Below, piece by piece: positions 34,830-45,647 of a DNA stretch of 64,000 bases. The translations under genes and the position numbers were made by a program. How positions within the stretch are numbered: position 1 is the stretch's first letter; every line of letters starts with the position of its first letter. Origin of the DNA: an uncultured Clostridia bacterium (GTDB taxonomy: Bacteria > Bacillota > Clostridia > TANB77 > CAG-508); NCBI GenBank assembly GCA_947627935.1, contig CANQXY010000002.1:2630-66629 (forward strand). Reading direction: 5' to 3'. The notes beneath the pieces were generated by a model. That model saw only the letters and a program-made list of their open reading frames with translations, was not told the origin of the DNA and did no database searches.

Positions 34830-37590
34830 GATAAAAATACATGAATTAGCAAAGAAATTAGGCTTAACCAGTAAAGAATTATTAGAAAAAGCAAAAGAAT
34901 TAAATATAGAAGCAAAAAGTCATTTAAGTACTTTAGAAGAAAAAGATGCTATAGCATTAGAAAAAAGTTTTAGCAAAAAACAAGAAAATAAACAACAAAA
35001 AGAAATAAAAAAAGAAAAAAATGATTCTCCTGTAATTATAAGAAGAGAAGTTATAATTAATGATGAAGAACAAATAAAGAAAAAAGAAGAACAAGTAAAG
35101 AAAAAAGAAGAGAGAAAAGATGGCGTAGGATTTATAGAAAGAAGACAAAATAATGACTATAATATAGTATATAGAAACAAACCATCTAAACCAATGACTG
35201 TAAGTGAATTATTTGGATTAAAAAAAGAAGAGCCTAAAAAAGAAGAAAATATAGTAGAAGAAAAACAAGTTCAAAAGAAAGAAAACCAAAACAAAACTAG
35301 TGTAGATAAAAAAGTAACAACTGAAGAACAACATAATAAAAATAATAATAATTTTAAACAAAATAGAGAATTTCAAAATAATAGAAATAATAACTATAAT
35401 CAAAACAGAAATCAAAATTCAAATTACAATAGGAATAATAACTTTAATAATAGAAATAATAACAATAATCAAAAATTTGGAGGAAAAAGACCTCTTGATG
35501 ATAAAGGTATAGAAAAAAATATCAAAGATATTATGGCTATTGAAACAGTAGAAAAAGAATCAGTAAGAGAATATAATAAATCTATTGATAAGCAAAAAAA
35601 TAATAATAAATTTGACGAAAATAGAACAGCTAAGAAAAAATCAAGAAAAAATTCTGCTAATTTTGATATTAATGAAGGAAAATTAAAAAGCTTAAAACAA
35701 GCTGATAAATTATCTAATATGTTTGATGATCAAGAAGGTGGAATGTTAGATTATTATGATTTAACAACTCAAAGAGGAAGAAAAGGTAAAAAGAAAAATA
35801 TAAAAAATGATGAAAACAGAGTAAAACAAAAAATATTCCAATTAACAGAAATAACAATACCTGATTCAATAACTGTAAAAGATTTTGCAGCTGAAATTAA
35901 AAAGACAACTGCAGAGGTTATTAAAAAATTATTAAGTTATGGAATTATGGCTACAATAAATAATACTATAGATTTTGATACAGCATCTTTAATAGCAGAG
36001 GAATTTGGAATAACAGCTATTAAGAAGGAAATTGTTACTGAAGAAGATATACTATTTGATGATTCAGAAGATAAAGAAGAAGAATTAAAAACAAGACCAC
36101 CTGTTGTTGTTGTAATGGGACACGTTGATCATGGTAAAACTTCACTTTTAGATGCGATAAGAAAAACTAACGTAATTGAAGGAGAAGCTGGGGGAATAAC
36201 TCAAGCAATTGGTGCATATCAAGTAAAAATAAATGATAGAGATATAACATTTTTAGATACACCTGGACATGAAGCTTTTACAGCTATGCGTGCTAGAGGT
36301 GCACAAATAACTGATATAGCAATTTTAGTTGTTGCTGCAAATGATGGAGTAATGCCTCAAACAATAGAAGCAATAAATCATGCTAAATCAGCAGAAATAC
36401 CAATTATAGTAGCAATTAATAAAATAGACTTACCAGATGCTAATATTGAAAAAGTAAAACAAGAATTAATGGCATATGAATTAGTACCTGAAGAATGGGG
36501 TGGAGATACAATATATGTTCCAATCTCAGCAAAGATGAATCAAAATATAGATCAGTTATTAGAAATGGTATTATTACAAGCAGATGTATTAGAATTAAAA
36601 GCTAATCCTAATAAACAAGCAAAAGGTGTAGTAATAGAAGCAAGACTTGATAAGAATAAAGGTGCAATAGCATCAATGTTAGTACAAAGAGGAACTTTAG
36701 ATGTTGGAGATACAGTTGTTGTAGGATCTTCAATTGGTAGAATAAGAGCAATGCAAGATTACAAAGGTAAGAAAGTTAAAAAAGCAGGTCCATCTATGCC
36801 TGTTGAAATAATGGGATTGACAGAAGTTCCAGAAGCGGGAGATACTTTCTATGAAGTAAAAGATGAAAAAACAGCTAAACATTTAATTGAAAGAAGAAAA
36901 CGTCAAGCTAGAGAAGCAACAATAAATGCTACAACTAAAGTTACATTAGATAATTTATTTACTCAAATGGAACAAGGAAATCTAAAACAATTAAATCTTA
37001 TAGTTAAAGCAGATGTTCAAGGTTCTGTTGAAGCTGTAAAACAATCTTTAGAAAAATTATCAAATGAAGAAGTTAAAGTAAAAGTTATACATGCAGCTAC
37101 TGGTGCTGTTAATCAATCAGACGTAACTTTAGCTAAAGTTTCAAATGCAATTATAATAGCATTTAATGTAAGACCTGATAGTACTGCTAAAGATATTGCG
37201 GACAAAGAAGAAATTCAAATAAAACAATATTCTGTAATATATCAAGCAATAGAAGATGTAGAAGCAGCAATGAAAGGTATGCTTGATCCAGAATTTGAAG
37301 AAAAAATAATAGGAACTGCTGAAGTAAGGCAAACATTTAAAATCTCAAGTGTTGGAACAATTGCTGGAGCATATGTTCTTACTGGTAAAGTAGAAAGACA
37401 TGCAGGAGTAAGAGTTATAAGAGATAATGTAGTTATTCATCAAGGAGAACTTGCAACATTAAAGAGATTTAAAGATGATGCAAAAGAAGTTTCAAAAGGA
37501 TTTGAATGTGGTATTCAGATTGAAAATTATAATGACATAAAAGAAGGCGATATAATAGAAGCTTTCATTATGGAGGAAATTAAGCGTTAA
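34822..37590 (+). CDS. infB: translation initiation factor IF-2
   Basis: [15 protein letters not shown]-terminus. Long Lys/Glu-rich then Asn-rich linker. GTPase motifs [14 protein letters not shown] and NKID. TTG 34822 is preferred (RBS ggggtga 6 nt upstream). The ORF track starts at ATG 34807. Confidence 0.95.
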
Positions 37591-37607
37591 TTAAGGAGGA
37601 CAATTAA

Positions 37608-37976
37608 TTGAATAAAAATAATAACAGATTAGAACGTATTGATGAAGAATACAAAAAAGAAATTAGTAATATAATAAATTATAATTTAAAAAATCCTAAT
37701 GTAACTGGATTGATTAGTGTAACAAAAGTAAAAGTTACAAATGATCTTAAATTCGCTAAAGTTTCAGTAAGTATTTTAAATTCAAAAAATATAAAAGAAA
37801 CTTTAGCAGGATTAAAAAAATCATCAGGTTTTATAAGATCAGAACTTGCAAGAAGAGTTAATTTAAGAAATACACCAGAACTTATATTTGAATTAGATGA
37901 TTCAATAGAATATGGTGCTAGAATTGATAATATACTAAAAGATATAATCAAAGATGTAAAAAAAGAAGATGAATAA
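37608..37976 (+). CDS. rbfA: ribosome-binding factor A
   Basis: TTG start after aaggagg. R.ER....... and GLISVTKVKVTNDLKFAKV motifs. Confidence 0.92.
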   Translation: MNKNNNRLERIDEEYKKEISNIINYNLKNPNVTGLISVTKVKVTNDLKFAKVSVSILNSKNIKETLAGLKKSSGFIRSELARRVNLRNTPELIFELDDSIEYGARIDNILKDIIKDVKKEDE

Positions 37977-37994
37977 ATTAGAAAGGATAGTTTT

Positions 37995-38951
37995 ATGACT
38001 TTAGATAATATATTAGAAGAAATAAAAAAAGCAAAGACAATAGTAATATTGACACATGAAACTCCAGATGGAGACGCTATTGGAAGCAGTTTAGCTATGA
38101 AATTAGCAATAAAAGAACTTGGAAAAGATGCTGATGTTATAATACCAGAATATTCAAGATTATTTAATTTTTTACCAGGAGCTAGTAGTATAAAAAAAGA
38201 AAGTGATATTAAAAAATATGATTTAGCAATTTCAGTGGATTGTACTGACTTAAAAAGGCTAGCAGAAGGAGATAAATATTTTGAAAGTGCAAAATCAAAA
38301 ATTGTAATAGATCATCATGGAACAAATAAAATGTTTGGAGATTTCAATTTTGTAAATCCAGTATCACCAGCATGTTGTGAAATATTAATAGGAATGTTTG
38401 AATATTTTGGTATAGATATAACTAAAGATATAGGAAGTTGTATTGTAACAGGAATAATAACAGATACAGGAGGATTTAGATATTCAGGTGTTACAGCAGA
38501 AACTTTTGAATTTACTGCTGAACTATTAAGAAAAGGAGTTAATGTTTCTGATATTTATAAAAGGGTGTTAGATACAAAAACAAGAGCTAATTTTGAACTA
38601 AATAAACTTATATCCCAAAGAATGGAAATTTTAGAAAATGGGAAAATTGCTTTTACATATATTAATTTAGAAGACGAAAAAAATGTTAATGCTGAAGAAG
38701 GAGATCATGAAGGATTAGTAGAAATAGGAAGAGACATAGAAGGTGTTGAGGTTTCAGCATTTATAAGAGAAAAAGAAAATCCAAAAGGATATAAGATATC
38801 ACTAAGATCAAATGACTATGTAAATGTTTCTGATGTTTGCCTAATGTTTGGAGGTGGAGGACACCCAAAAGCTGCAGGATGTTTTATACAAGGAGAATTA
38901 GAACAAGTAAAGGCAAAAATTATTTCAGAAATAAAAAAAGTGTTAAAATAA
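37995..38951 (+). CDS. nrnA: DHH-family bifunctional oligoribonuclease / pAp phosphatase NrnA
   Basis: DGDAIGS, DHHGT and GGGGHPKAAG (DHHA1) motifs. Confidence 0.88.
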   Translation: MTLDNILEEIKKAKTIVILTHETPDGDAIGSSLAMKLAIKELGKDADVIIPEYSRLFNFLPGASSIKKESDIKKYDLAISVDCTDLKRLAEGDKYFESAKSKIVIDHHGTNKMFGDFNFVNPVSPACCEILIGMFEYFGIDITKDIGSCIVTGIITDTGGFRYSGVTAETFEFTAELLRKGVNVSDIYKRVLDTKTRANFELNKLISQRMEILENGKIAFTYINLEDEKNVNAEEGDHEGLVEIGRDIEGVEVSAFIREKENPKGYKISLRSNDYVNVSDVCLMFGGGGHPKAAGCFIQGELEQVKAKIISEIKKVLK

Positions 38952-38953
38952 TA

Positions 38954-38986
38954 AATAAGTTCTAGTAAAGATTACTAGAACTTATT
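38954..38986 (+). terminator. 14-bp perfect hairpin between nrnA and truB (weak terminator / processing site)
   Basis: aataagttctagta (38954-38967) pairs with tactagaacttatt (38973-38986). Only a short T tract follows. Confidence 0.5.
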
Positions 38987-39009
38987 TGTAATGAATAGAG
39001 GAAATAAAA

Positions 39010-39882
39010 ATGGATGGAATAATTATAATAAATAAACCTAAAAATTATACTTCAAATGATATAGTTCAGATAGTAAAAAAAATATTTAATGAAAAAGTTG
39101 GACATATAGGCACATTAGATCCAAATGCTACAGGTGTTTTACCTTTGTTAGTTGGTAAAGGAACAAAACTGTCTAAATATTTAATAAATCATGATAAAAC
39201 ATATGATGTTGTTTTAAAATTAGGAGAAAAAACAGATACTGCTGATAGTGAAGGAAAAGTTATAGAAAAAAAACAAATAGATTTAGAAAAAATAAATAAT
39301 AATAATGTAAAAGATATATTTAATCAATTTATTGGAAAACAAAAACAAGTTCCTCCAATGTATTCAGCAATAAAAATAAATGGAAAAAAACTTTATGAAT
39401 ATGCAAGAAAAGGACAAAATATAGAATTAAAAGCTAGAAACATAGAAATATATAATTTAGAACTTCTAAGTATTAATAACCAAAAAGATGAAATAGAATT
39501 TAAAGTAGAATGTTCAAAAGGTACATATATAAGAAGTTTATGTGAAAGTATTGCAAATAAGTTAGATACAATAGGATATATGAAAGATTTAAATAGATTA
39601 AAAGTTGGAAAATTTGATATAAAAGATGCAGTTACAATTGAAAATATAAAAGAAAATGCAAATAATAAAGAATTTATAGAGAAAAATTTAATTTCTATTG
39701 AAGATATTTTTAAAAATAAGCAAAGTATAATTTTAGATAATAAACAACTAAATTTATTTTTAAATGGTGTTTCATTAACATATAAATTAAAATCTGATAT
39801 CTATAAAATATATAATGATAGCAGATTTATTGGCATTGGAGTTATTAATCAAAATATTTTAAAAAGAGATATTATTTTATAA
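39010..39882 (+). CDS. truB: tRNA pseudouridine(55) synthase TruB
   Basis: GHIGTLDPNATGVLPL catalytic Asp motif and QVPPMYSAIK. Confidence 0.95.
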   Translation: MDGIIIINKPKNYTSNDIVQIVKKIFNEKVGHIGTLDPNATGVLPLLVGKGTKLSKYLINHDKTYDVVLKLGEKTDTADSEGKVIEKKQIDLEKINNNNVKDIFNQFIGKQKQVPPMYSAIKINGKKLYEYARKGQNIELKARNIEIYNLELLSINNQKDEIEFKVECSKGTYIRSLCESIANKLDTIGYMKDLNRLKVGKFDIKDAVTIENIKENANNKEFIEKNLISIEDIFKNKQSIILDNKQLNLFLNGVSLTYKLKSDIYKIYNDSRFIGIGVINQNILKRDIIL

Positions 39883-39970
39883 AAACTATTGCAGAATTAT
39901 ACGATTTTATGATATATATTATTATGTACGGAAAGATAAAATTATGCAAAATACAAAGGAGGAAACAAAA

Positions 39971-42538
39971 ATGTATATATTCAATAGGATAACAGTAAAT
40001 CCACAATTACCTAAAAGGATAAATAAGTTATCAGTTATTTCAAATAATTTATGGTGGTCTTGGAATTCAGAATTTTTAAGATTGTTTAAAAAAATTGACC
40101 TAGATTTATGGGAAACAGTTGGAAAAAACCCAATAAAATTTTTAAAACTTGTATCACAAGAAAGATTAGAAGAAGCATTAAAAAATCCAGAATTTTTAAA
40201 AGAATATGACAAAAATGTAGAAAATTTTGAAAATTATATTAACAGTAAAAATACATGGTTTTCTCAAAAATATCCAGAAAATAAAAATGATTTAATTGCA
40301 TATTTTTCAGCTGAATATGGTTTAGATGAAACTATACCAATTTATTCAGGAGGCCTTGGTATATTATCAGGTGATCACTTAAAATCAGCAAGTGATTTAG
40401 GTATACCTTTAGTTGCAGTTGGCTTATTATATAAAAATGGATATTTTAATCAAAAGATAAATGGATATGGTATGCAAGAATCTGAATATACAAATATAGA
40501 TATTAATAATTTACCAATAAATCCTGTAAAAGATGAAAATGGAGAAGATTTAATAATATATGTTAAATTTCCAAAGAGAAGATTATATTTAAAAGTATGG
40601 CAAGTTAATGTAGGAAGAGTAAAATTATATTTATTAGATTCAGATATAGAAAAAAATCACGAAGAAGATAGAGATGTTACATTAAGATTATATGGTGGAG
40701 ACCAAGAAATGAGAATAAGACAAGAAATTGTTCTTGGTATGGCAGGAGTAAATTTACTTAAAACTTTAGGCTTAAATCCAACTATATATCATATGAATGA
40801 AGGACATTCAGCATTTCTAAATTTAGAGATAATAAAGGATATTATAGAAGAAAAACAAGTGTCATTTGACATTGCTAGAGATATTGCTAGTTCTAAAACT
40901 GTATTTACAACACATACACCAGTTCCAGCAGGAAACGATATATTTCCAATAAATCTAGTAGAAAAATATTTTAAAGATTTTTGGCCAAGATTAGGATTAA
41001 CTAGAGAAGAATTTTTAAAATTAGGTATGAAACCTATAAATGGATTAGAGAATGGATTTAATATGGGAATATTGGCTCTTAAAATTGCAGGAAAGAAAAA
41101 TGGTGTAAGTAAATTACATGGAGCAGTATCTAGAGAATTATTTGGAGAAATATGGCCAAATATTGCTGCAAATGAATCACCTATAACACATGTTACAAAC
41201 GGTATACACACTTGTTCATGGCTTGCTCCAAATTTAAAAGAATTATATAATAAATATTTAATTCCGTACTGGCAAGATAATATCCATCAAGATTATGTTT
41301 GGGAAAAAATCAAAAATATACCAGATGAAAAATTATGGGATGCTCATAATAATAGAAAGAAGAAATTATTTGCACTTATCAAAGAAAATACAACAACAAG
41401 ATTAAGAAGAGCAGGAATTAGTTATGAGGAAATAAACGAAATTGTATCAAAATTAAATCCAGATGCTCTAACAATAGGATTTGCAAGAAGATTTGCAACA
41501 TATAAAAGAGCAACTTTAATATTTAAGGATTTAGAGAGAATAACTCAAATATTAAATGATCAAGATAGACCAGTTCAACTTGTGTTTGCAGGAAAAGCTC
41601 ATCCAGCAGATAAAGAAGGACAAGATTTAATTAAATATATACATGAGATATCTATGATGCCACAATTTAAAGGAAAAATATTTTTACTAGAAAATTATAA
41701 CATAGCAATGTCAAGATATTTAGTAAGTGGAGTAGATGTATGGCTTAATAATCCTAGAAGACCAATGGAAGCTTCTGGAACAAGTGGACAAAAAGCATCT
41801 GCCAATGGAGTTATAAATTTCAGTGTTCTAGATGGATGGTGGGCAGAAGGATATAATCAAGAAAATGGATGGACTATAGGAACTAATAAAGAATATGATT
41901 CATATGAAGAACAAGATAAAGCGGATAGTGAAAGCATATATTATACTTTAGAAAATAAAATTATACCAACATATTATGATAAAAATAAAGAAACAAATAT
42001 GTCTGAAAAATGGTTACAAATAATGAAAAACTCTATAATCTCAACAATAGGAAAATATAGCACAGCTAGAATGCTTGTGGATTATACTAATAATTTGTAT
42101 ATACCTCTTTGCAATTTAACAAATAAATATTATAAAGAGTTAAATGATGTTGCTCAATATAATCTATGGAAAGAAGATTTATATAAAAATTGGGCAGATG
42201 TAAAACTAACACAATTAAATAATTTAGATAATATATCTATGGATGCTGGAAATAATATTGAGGTAAAATGTGAAGCATTACTTCCAAATATAAATGTACA
42301 AAATGTAAGAGTAGAAGTATATTATGGTAAAATATCTGATAATGGTATTGTAGAAGATGTAACGATAATTCCTATGAAATTAGAAAAATCAGATGAAGAA
42401 AATAAAAAATATTATTATACAGCAAAAATAGAACTAACTACAGGTGGTAACTATGGATATACTTTTAGAATAATGCCACAACATGAAATGTTACTAGATA
42501 GTGAAAATTTAGATTTAGTAAAATGGATAACTAAATAA
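39971..42538 (+). CDS. glgP: alpha-glucan phosphorylase (GT35, GlgP family)
   Basis: YFSAEYG, GGLGILSGDHLKSASDLG, TTHTPVPAGND and PLP-lysine context EASGTSGQKASANG. Start set at ATG 39971 after RBS aaaggagga. Confidence 0.9.
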   Translation: MYIFNRITVNPQLPKRINKLSVISNNLWWSWNSEFLRLFKKIDLDLWETVGKNPIKFLKLVSQERLEEALKNPEFLKEYDKNVENFENYINSKNTWFSQKYPENKNDLIAYFSAEYGLDETIPIYSGGLGILSGDHLKSASDLGIPLVAVGLLYKNGYFNQKINGYGMQESEYTNIDINNLPINPVKDENGEDLIIYVKFPKRRLYLKVWQVNVGRVKLYLLDSDIEKNHEEDRDVTLRLYGGDQEMRIRQEIVLGMAGVNLLKTLGLNPTIYHMNEGHSAFLNLEIIKDIIEEKQVSFDIARDIASSKTVFTTHTPVPAGNDIFPINLVEKYFKDFWPRLGLTREEFLKLGMKPINGLENGFNMGILALKIAGKKNGVSKLHGAVSRELFGEIWPNIAANESPITHVTNGIHTCSWLAPNLKELYNKYLIPYWQDNIHQDYVWEKIKNIPDEKLWDAHNNRKKKLFALIKENTTTRLRRAGISYEEINEIVSKLNPDALTIGFARRFATYKRATLIFKDLERITQILNDQDRPVQLVFAGKAHPADKEGQDLIKYIHEISMMPQFKGKIFLLENYNIAMSRYLVSGVDVWLNNPRRPMEASGTSGQKASANGVINFSVLDGWWAEGYNQENGWTIGTNKEYDSYEEQDKADSESIYYTLENKIIPTYYDKNKETNMSEKWLQIMKNSIISTIGKYSTARMLVDYTNNLYIPLCNLTNKYYKELNDVAQYNLWKEDLYKNWADVKLTQLNNLDNISMDAGNNIEVKCEALLPNINVQNVRVEVYYGKISDNGIVEDVTIIPMKLEKSDEENKKYYYTAKIELTTGGNYGYTFRIMPQHEMLLDSENLDLVKWITK

Positions 42539-42551
42539 AATTAAATATTAA

Positions 42552-42599
42552 TCTTGACTAAATAGTAAAATTAGTATACTATTTAGTCAAGACTTTTTT
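42552..42599 (+). terminator. strong Rho-independent terminator
   Basis: 16-bp stem in which tcttgactaaatagta (42552-42567) pairs with tactatttagtcaaga (42577-42592), followed by TTTTTT. Confidence 0.85.
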
Positions 42600-42633
42600 A
42601 AAGGTTTAATTTATATATAGGAGGTGATTATAT

Positions 42634-42921
42634 ATGGATATCGAATTACAATTAAATACTATTGTAAGTTCTATTAATGAAATAAAAAACAAAATGGCAA
42701 CAAAAGAGGATTTAAAAGGTATGGCAACAAAAGAGGATTTAAAAGGTATGGCAACGAAAGAGGAATTAAAAGCTTTAGAATCCAAAATGGCAACTAAAGA
42801 AGACATAAAACTTATTAGAAGAGATATGAGAAAAATGAATCTTGGTATAGAAGCTATATTAGAAGATATAAAAATGTTAGATGATAGAACTAGACCAATG
42901 GTAAAAATAAAAAACAGCTAA
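42634..42921 (+). CDS. small coiled-coil protein with tandem MATKEDLKG repeats (DUF1640-like)
   Basis: 95-aa ORF with RBS aggaggtg. Contains three adjacent 9-aa repeats plus a fourth, spaced copy. Confidence 0.6.
   Translation: MDIELQLNTIVSSINEIKNKMATKEDLKGMATKEDLKGMATKEELKALESKMATKEDIKLIRRDMRKMNLGIEAILEDIKMLDDRTRPMVKIKNS
42694..42813 (+). repeat. 27-bp in-frame tandem repeat (ATGGCAACAAAAGAGGATTTAAAAGGT x2, then two diverged copies)
   Basis: Identical copies at 42694-42720 and 42721-42747. Diverged copies at 42748-42774 and 42787-42813. Confidence 0.85.
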
Positions 42922-42930
42922 AAAGCTGCT

Positions 42931-44163
42931 TTAAATTGTTATTATTTTTTGTGTATAATCTAAATTACTCCATGAATCATGTTCAAATCCTAAAGTGTAA
43001 ACATTTGTTGCATAAATATCTTTTTCAATCATTAATTCTAAATTTTTATTTGTATTAAAATCCGTAAATTTTTTAACAGATGTAATTAAATTTAATTTAT
43101 TCTTAGATTTTGAAATTTCAGAAACAATATATTTTCCTTTTTCATTAAATCCTAATATTCTAATATAAGGAATGCTTTTCTTTGAAATTTGTATATCTTT
43201 TTTAGTAATTCCAAGTAAAGAATATAAAATGATTCTTTGTAACCTTGTACTTGTATATCTTTTAGAATTCACAATATTAATTAATTCAGAAATACTATTA
43301 CAAGAATTAGCAGCTTTTTTAATTGCAAATTCTAATCCTTCAGAAACATCAGGCAGATTTGCAATTTGATCAATAGACATTTTTCTTAAATTATAAATTG
43401 CAATTCTATCAAAATTAGAGATATCTTTAACTATATGACCTTTTTGTATATTCTCTTTTAATATACTATATGAAGATATAGGTAAAATTTTATTCAAATC
43501 TTTAAATTCATTTTTAGAAATTAAATTTCTAATAGCTGTGGCACTAGCTATATTTCCAGAAAAATTAATGTCATTATAACCAGTATTAATTCTTTGTATA
43601 GAAATAGGATTTATATTACTATTAAATTTTTTCAAAGCTTTTAAATATTCTATACCTAGAATATTGTTAGGAGATGAAAGAACTGGAGCAAATCTTCTTA
43701 TGTCATTTAAATACATCATTAAAGCATTTTCGCGTGCTTTAGGATAAGATATTCCTTTAGATAATTCATGAGAAAGTATAGCTTTATATTCTTTAGGTTC
43801 ATTATATAAAATATCTGCAAATTTATTTAAAATATTTATATCAGATGTTTCAGTTCCAAAAGAAATTTCATCAACTATTTTTAAAGAATCTAATATTTTG
43901 ATAGCACCTTCTGCAAAATTTTCGGCACTAGAGATAGAATATAAAACAGGCAATTCTATAACCAAATCAATTCCATTTAAAAGAGCCATTTCAGCCTTTG
44001 ACCATTTGTCAACTAAAGAACAATTACCTCTTTGAGTAAAGTTACCAGAAATAACAGCTATAGTATATTCAGCATTACTAATTTTTTTAGATTTTATTAA
44101 ATGATATAAATGACCATTATGAAATGGATTATACTCTGATATTATTCCTAAAACTTTACCCAT
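42931..44163 (-). CDS. tmcAL: tRNA(Met) cytidine acetate ligase TmcAL (YlbM/UPF0348 nucleotidyltransferase)
   Basis: N-terminus GIISEYNPFHNGHLYHL (HxGH nucleotidyltransferase motif). Typical length of 410 aa. Confidence 0.85.
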   Translation of the reverse strand: MGKVLGIISEYNPFHNGHLYHLIKSKKISNAEYTIAVISGNFTQRGNCSLVDKWSKAEMALLNGIDLVIELPVLYSISSAENFAEGAIKILDSLKIVDEISFGTETSDINILNKFADILYNEPKEYKAILSHELSKGISYPKARENALMMYLNDIRRFAPVLSSPNNILGIEYLKALKKFNSNINPISIQRINTGYNDINFSGNIASATAIRNLISKNEFKDLNKILPISSYSILKENIQKGHIVKDISNFDRIAIYNLRKMSIDQIANLPDVSEGLEFAIKKAANSCNSISELINIVNSKRYTSTRLQRIILYSLLGITKKDIQISKKSIPYIRILGFNEKGKYIVSEISKSKNKLNLITSVKKFTDFNTNKNLELMIEKDIYATNVYTLGFEHDSWSNLDYTQKIITI

Positions 44164-44181
44164 AATTATCTCCTTTTATTA

Positions 44182-44209
44182 TTGTATTAATACTAAAATA
44201 TGATATAAT
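44182..44209 (+). promoter_or_regulatory. promoter candidate for rnhA (TTGTAT-16-TGaTATAAT)
   Basis: TTGTAT at 44182-44187, TG at 44201-44202 and TATAAT at 44204-44209. Confidence 0.5.
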
Positions 44210-44252
44210 AATACCATAAAAATAATAAAAAAACAATATATGAGGAGTTATT

Positions 44253-44687
44253 ATGGAAAAGGTTACAATATATACTGACGGAGCTTGTTCTGGAAATCCA
44301 GGTCCAGGTGGATGGGGAGCAATATTAATGTATAATAATATAAAAAAAGAAATATCAGGAGCAAGTAAAGAAACAACAAATAATATTATGGAATTGACAG
44401 CTGTAATTGAGGGACTAAAAATGTTAAAATATCCTTGTGAAGTAGATTTATATAGTGACAGCAGTTATGTAGTAAATGCATTTATTCAGGGATGGATATA
44501 TAATTGGATAAAAAATAGCTGGAAAACAGCTAATAAAGAACCCGTAAAAAATAAAGAGATATGGCAAGAATTATATGAACTTACTAAGATACATAAGGTT
44601 AATTTTATAAAAGTAAAAGGACATAGTGATAATGAATTTAATAATAGATGTGATGAACTTGCTAGAAATGCAATAACAAATATGTAA
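44253..44687 (+). CDS. rnhA: ribonuclease HI
   Basis: [26 protein letters not shown] and DSSYV motifs, plus a C-terminal HSD..FN..CDELA. Confidence 0.93.
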   Translation: MEKVTIYTDGACSGNPGPGGWGAILMYNNIKKEISGASKETTNNIMELTAVIEGLKMLKYPCEVDLYSDSSYVVNAFIQGWIYNWIKNSWKTANKEPVKNKEIWQELYELTKIHKVNFIKVKGHSDNEFNNRCDELARNAITNM

Positions 44688-44787
44688 ACGAAATATTACA
44701 TTTTCATTACAAATACAAAAATATATTGAAATGCTATATAGTTTTTTGTATAATAAATATGTAATGATAAATACATAGGAGGAAAAG

Positions 44788-45579
44788 ATGGAACCATTTT
44801 CAGATTACATTTTAGAACAAGATTTAACAACAAAAATGGAAATAGCATATTATTTGTCAAAAAAAGCAGGGATATATTTTGATAAATCAGTAGTGTTAAA
44901 AACCGAAATTGCAAGAATGTTTATTGATTATATGAAAATAGACATTGATGAGAATTTAGTGCTAACTGCATGTGTTTTATGCAATTGTAAAAAAGTAAAT
45001 GATGCACAAAAGATAGGAAAATTGCGTACATATGCATTAGATGGAGCCTTGTACTTAAAAGAAAATGGATTTAGCAGTAGATTTTGTAAAATTTGTGAAG
45101 GCGTAAATAGATATAGTGGAATTTCACCAAGAGAAAAAGAAAGTGATATATTAGAACTAGTAGATTGTTTTGGAGGGCTAATTTTAGATAGACCAGAAAG
45201 AATAGGATTTGATTCAGAAGAAGCATTAGTTCTAATTGAACATAGAATTTTAAATGATAAACATAATAGATATTTAGAATTATTTAAAGAATTTGTAAAT
45301 AAAATGGAACAAATAAGAATAGAAGATACCAGAAATATGAAACCTATAAAATTATTAGTAAAATTACACAATGATTCTAAAGATGTAAAAGAATTTATGA
45401 ATAAGGTTTGTTATGAGTATTCAAATATAGTAGATGAGATAATATTAAAAAGACGACAAACACTAGTAGGAAAAATGTTCGGAACAGAAAATAGTAGTTC
45501 TAACAGAACATTATTTACTGAAACTACTACACAAAAAATAATAGGACAATTAAAAGAAAAACCAGCATTAAAACAATAA
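44788..45579 (+). CDS. hypothetical protein
   Basis: 263-aa ORF with RBS aggagga. No family recognised by eye. Confidence 0.6.
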   Translation: MEPFSDYILEQDLTTKMEIAYYLSKKAGIYFDKSVVLKTEIARMFIDYMKIDIDENLVLTACVLCNCKKVNDAQKIGKLRTYALDGALYLKENGFSSRFCKICEGVNRYSGISPREKESDILELVDCFGGLILDRPERIGFDSEEALVLIEHRILNDKHNRYLELFKEFVNKMEQIRIEDTRNMKPIKLLVKLHNDSKDVKEFMNKVCYEYSNIVDEIILKRRQTLVGKMFGTENSSSNRTLFTETTTQKIIGQLKEKPALKQ

Positions 45580-45592
45580 AATAAACTAAAGA

Positions 45593-45621
45593 AAATGAGT
45601 CCAATAATGACTCATTTTTAT
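45593..45621 (+). terminator. Rho-independent terminator
   Basis: aaatgagtc (45593-45601) pairs with gactcattt (45609-45617), followed by TTAT. Confidence 0.7.
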
Positions 45622-45647
45622 ATTTTAAATTAGAAAGGAAACAAAAA

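Noticed and set aside
42694-42813. Tandem 27-bp repeats as a possible CRISPR or minisatellite locus
   Set aside because: The units are contiguous with no spacers. They are in frame inside an SD-preceded ORF and encode a heptad-like peptide repeat.
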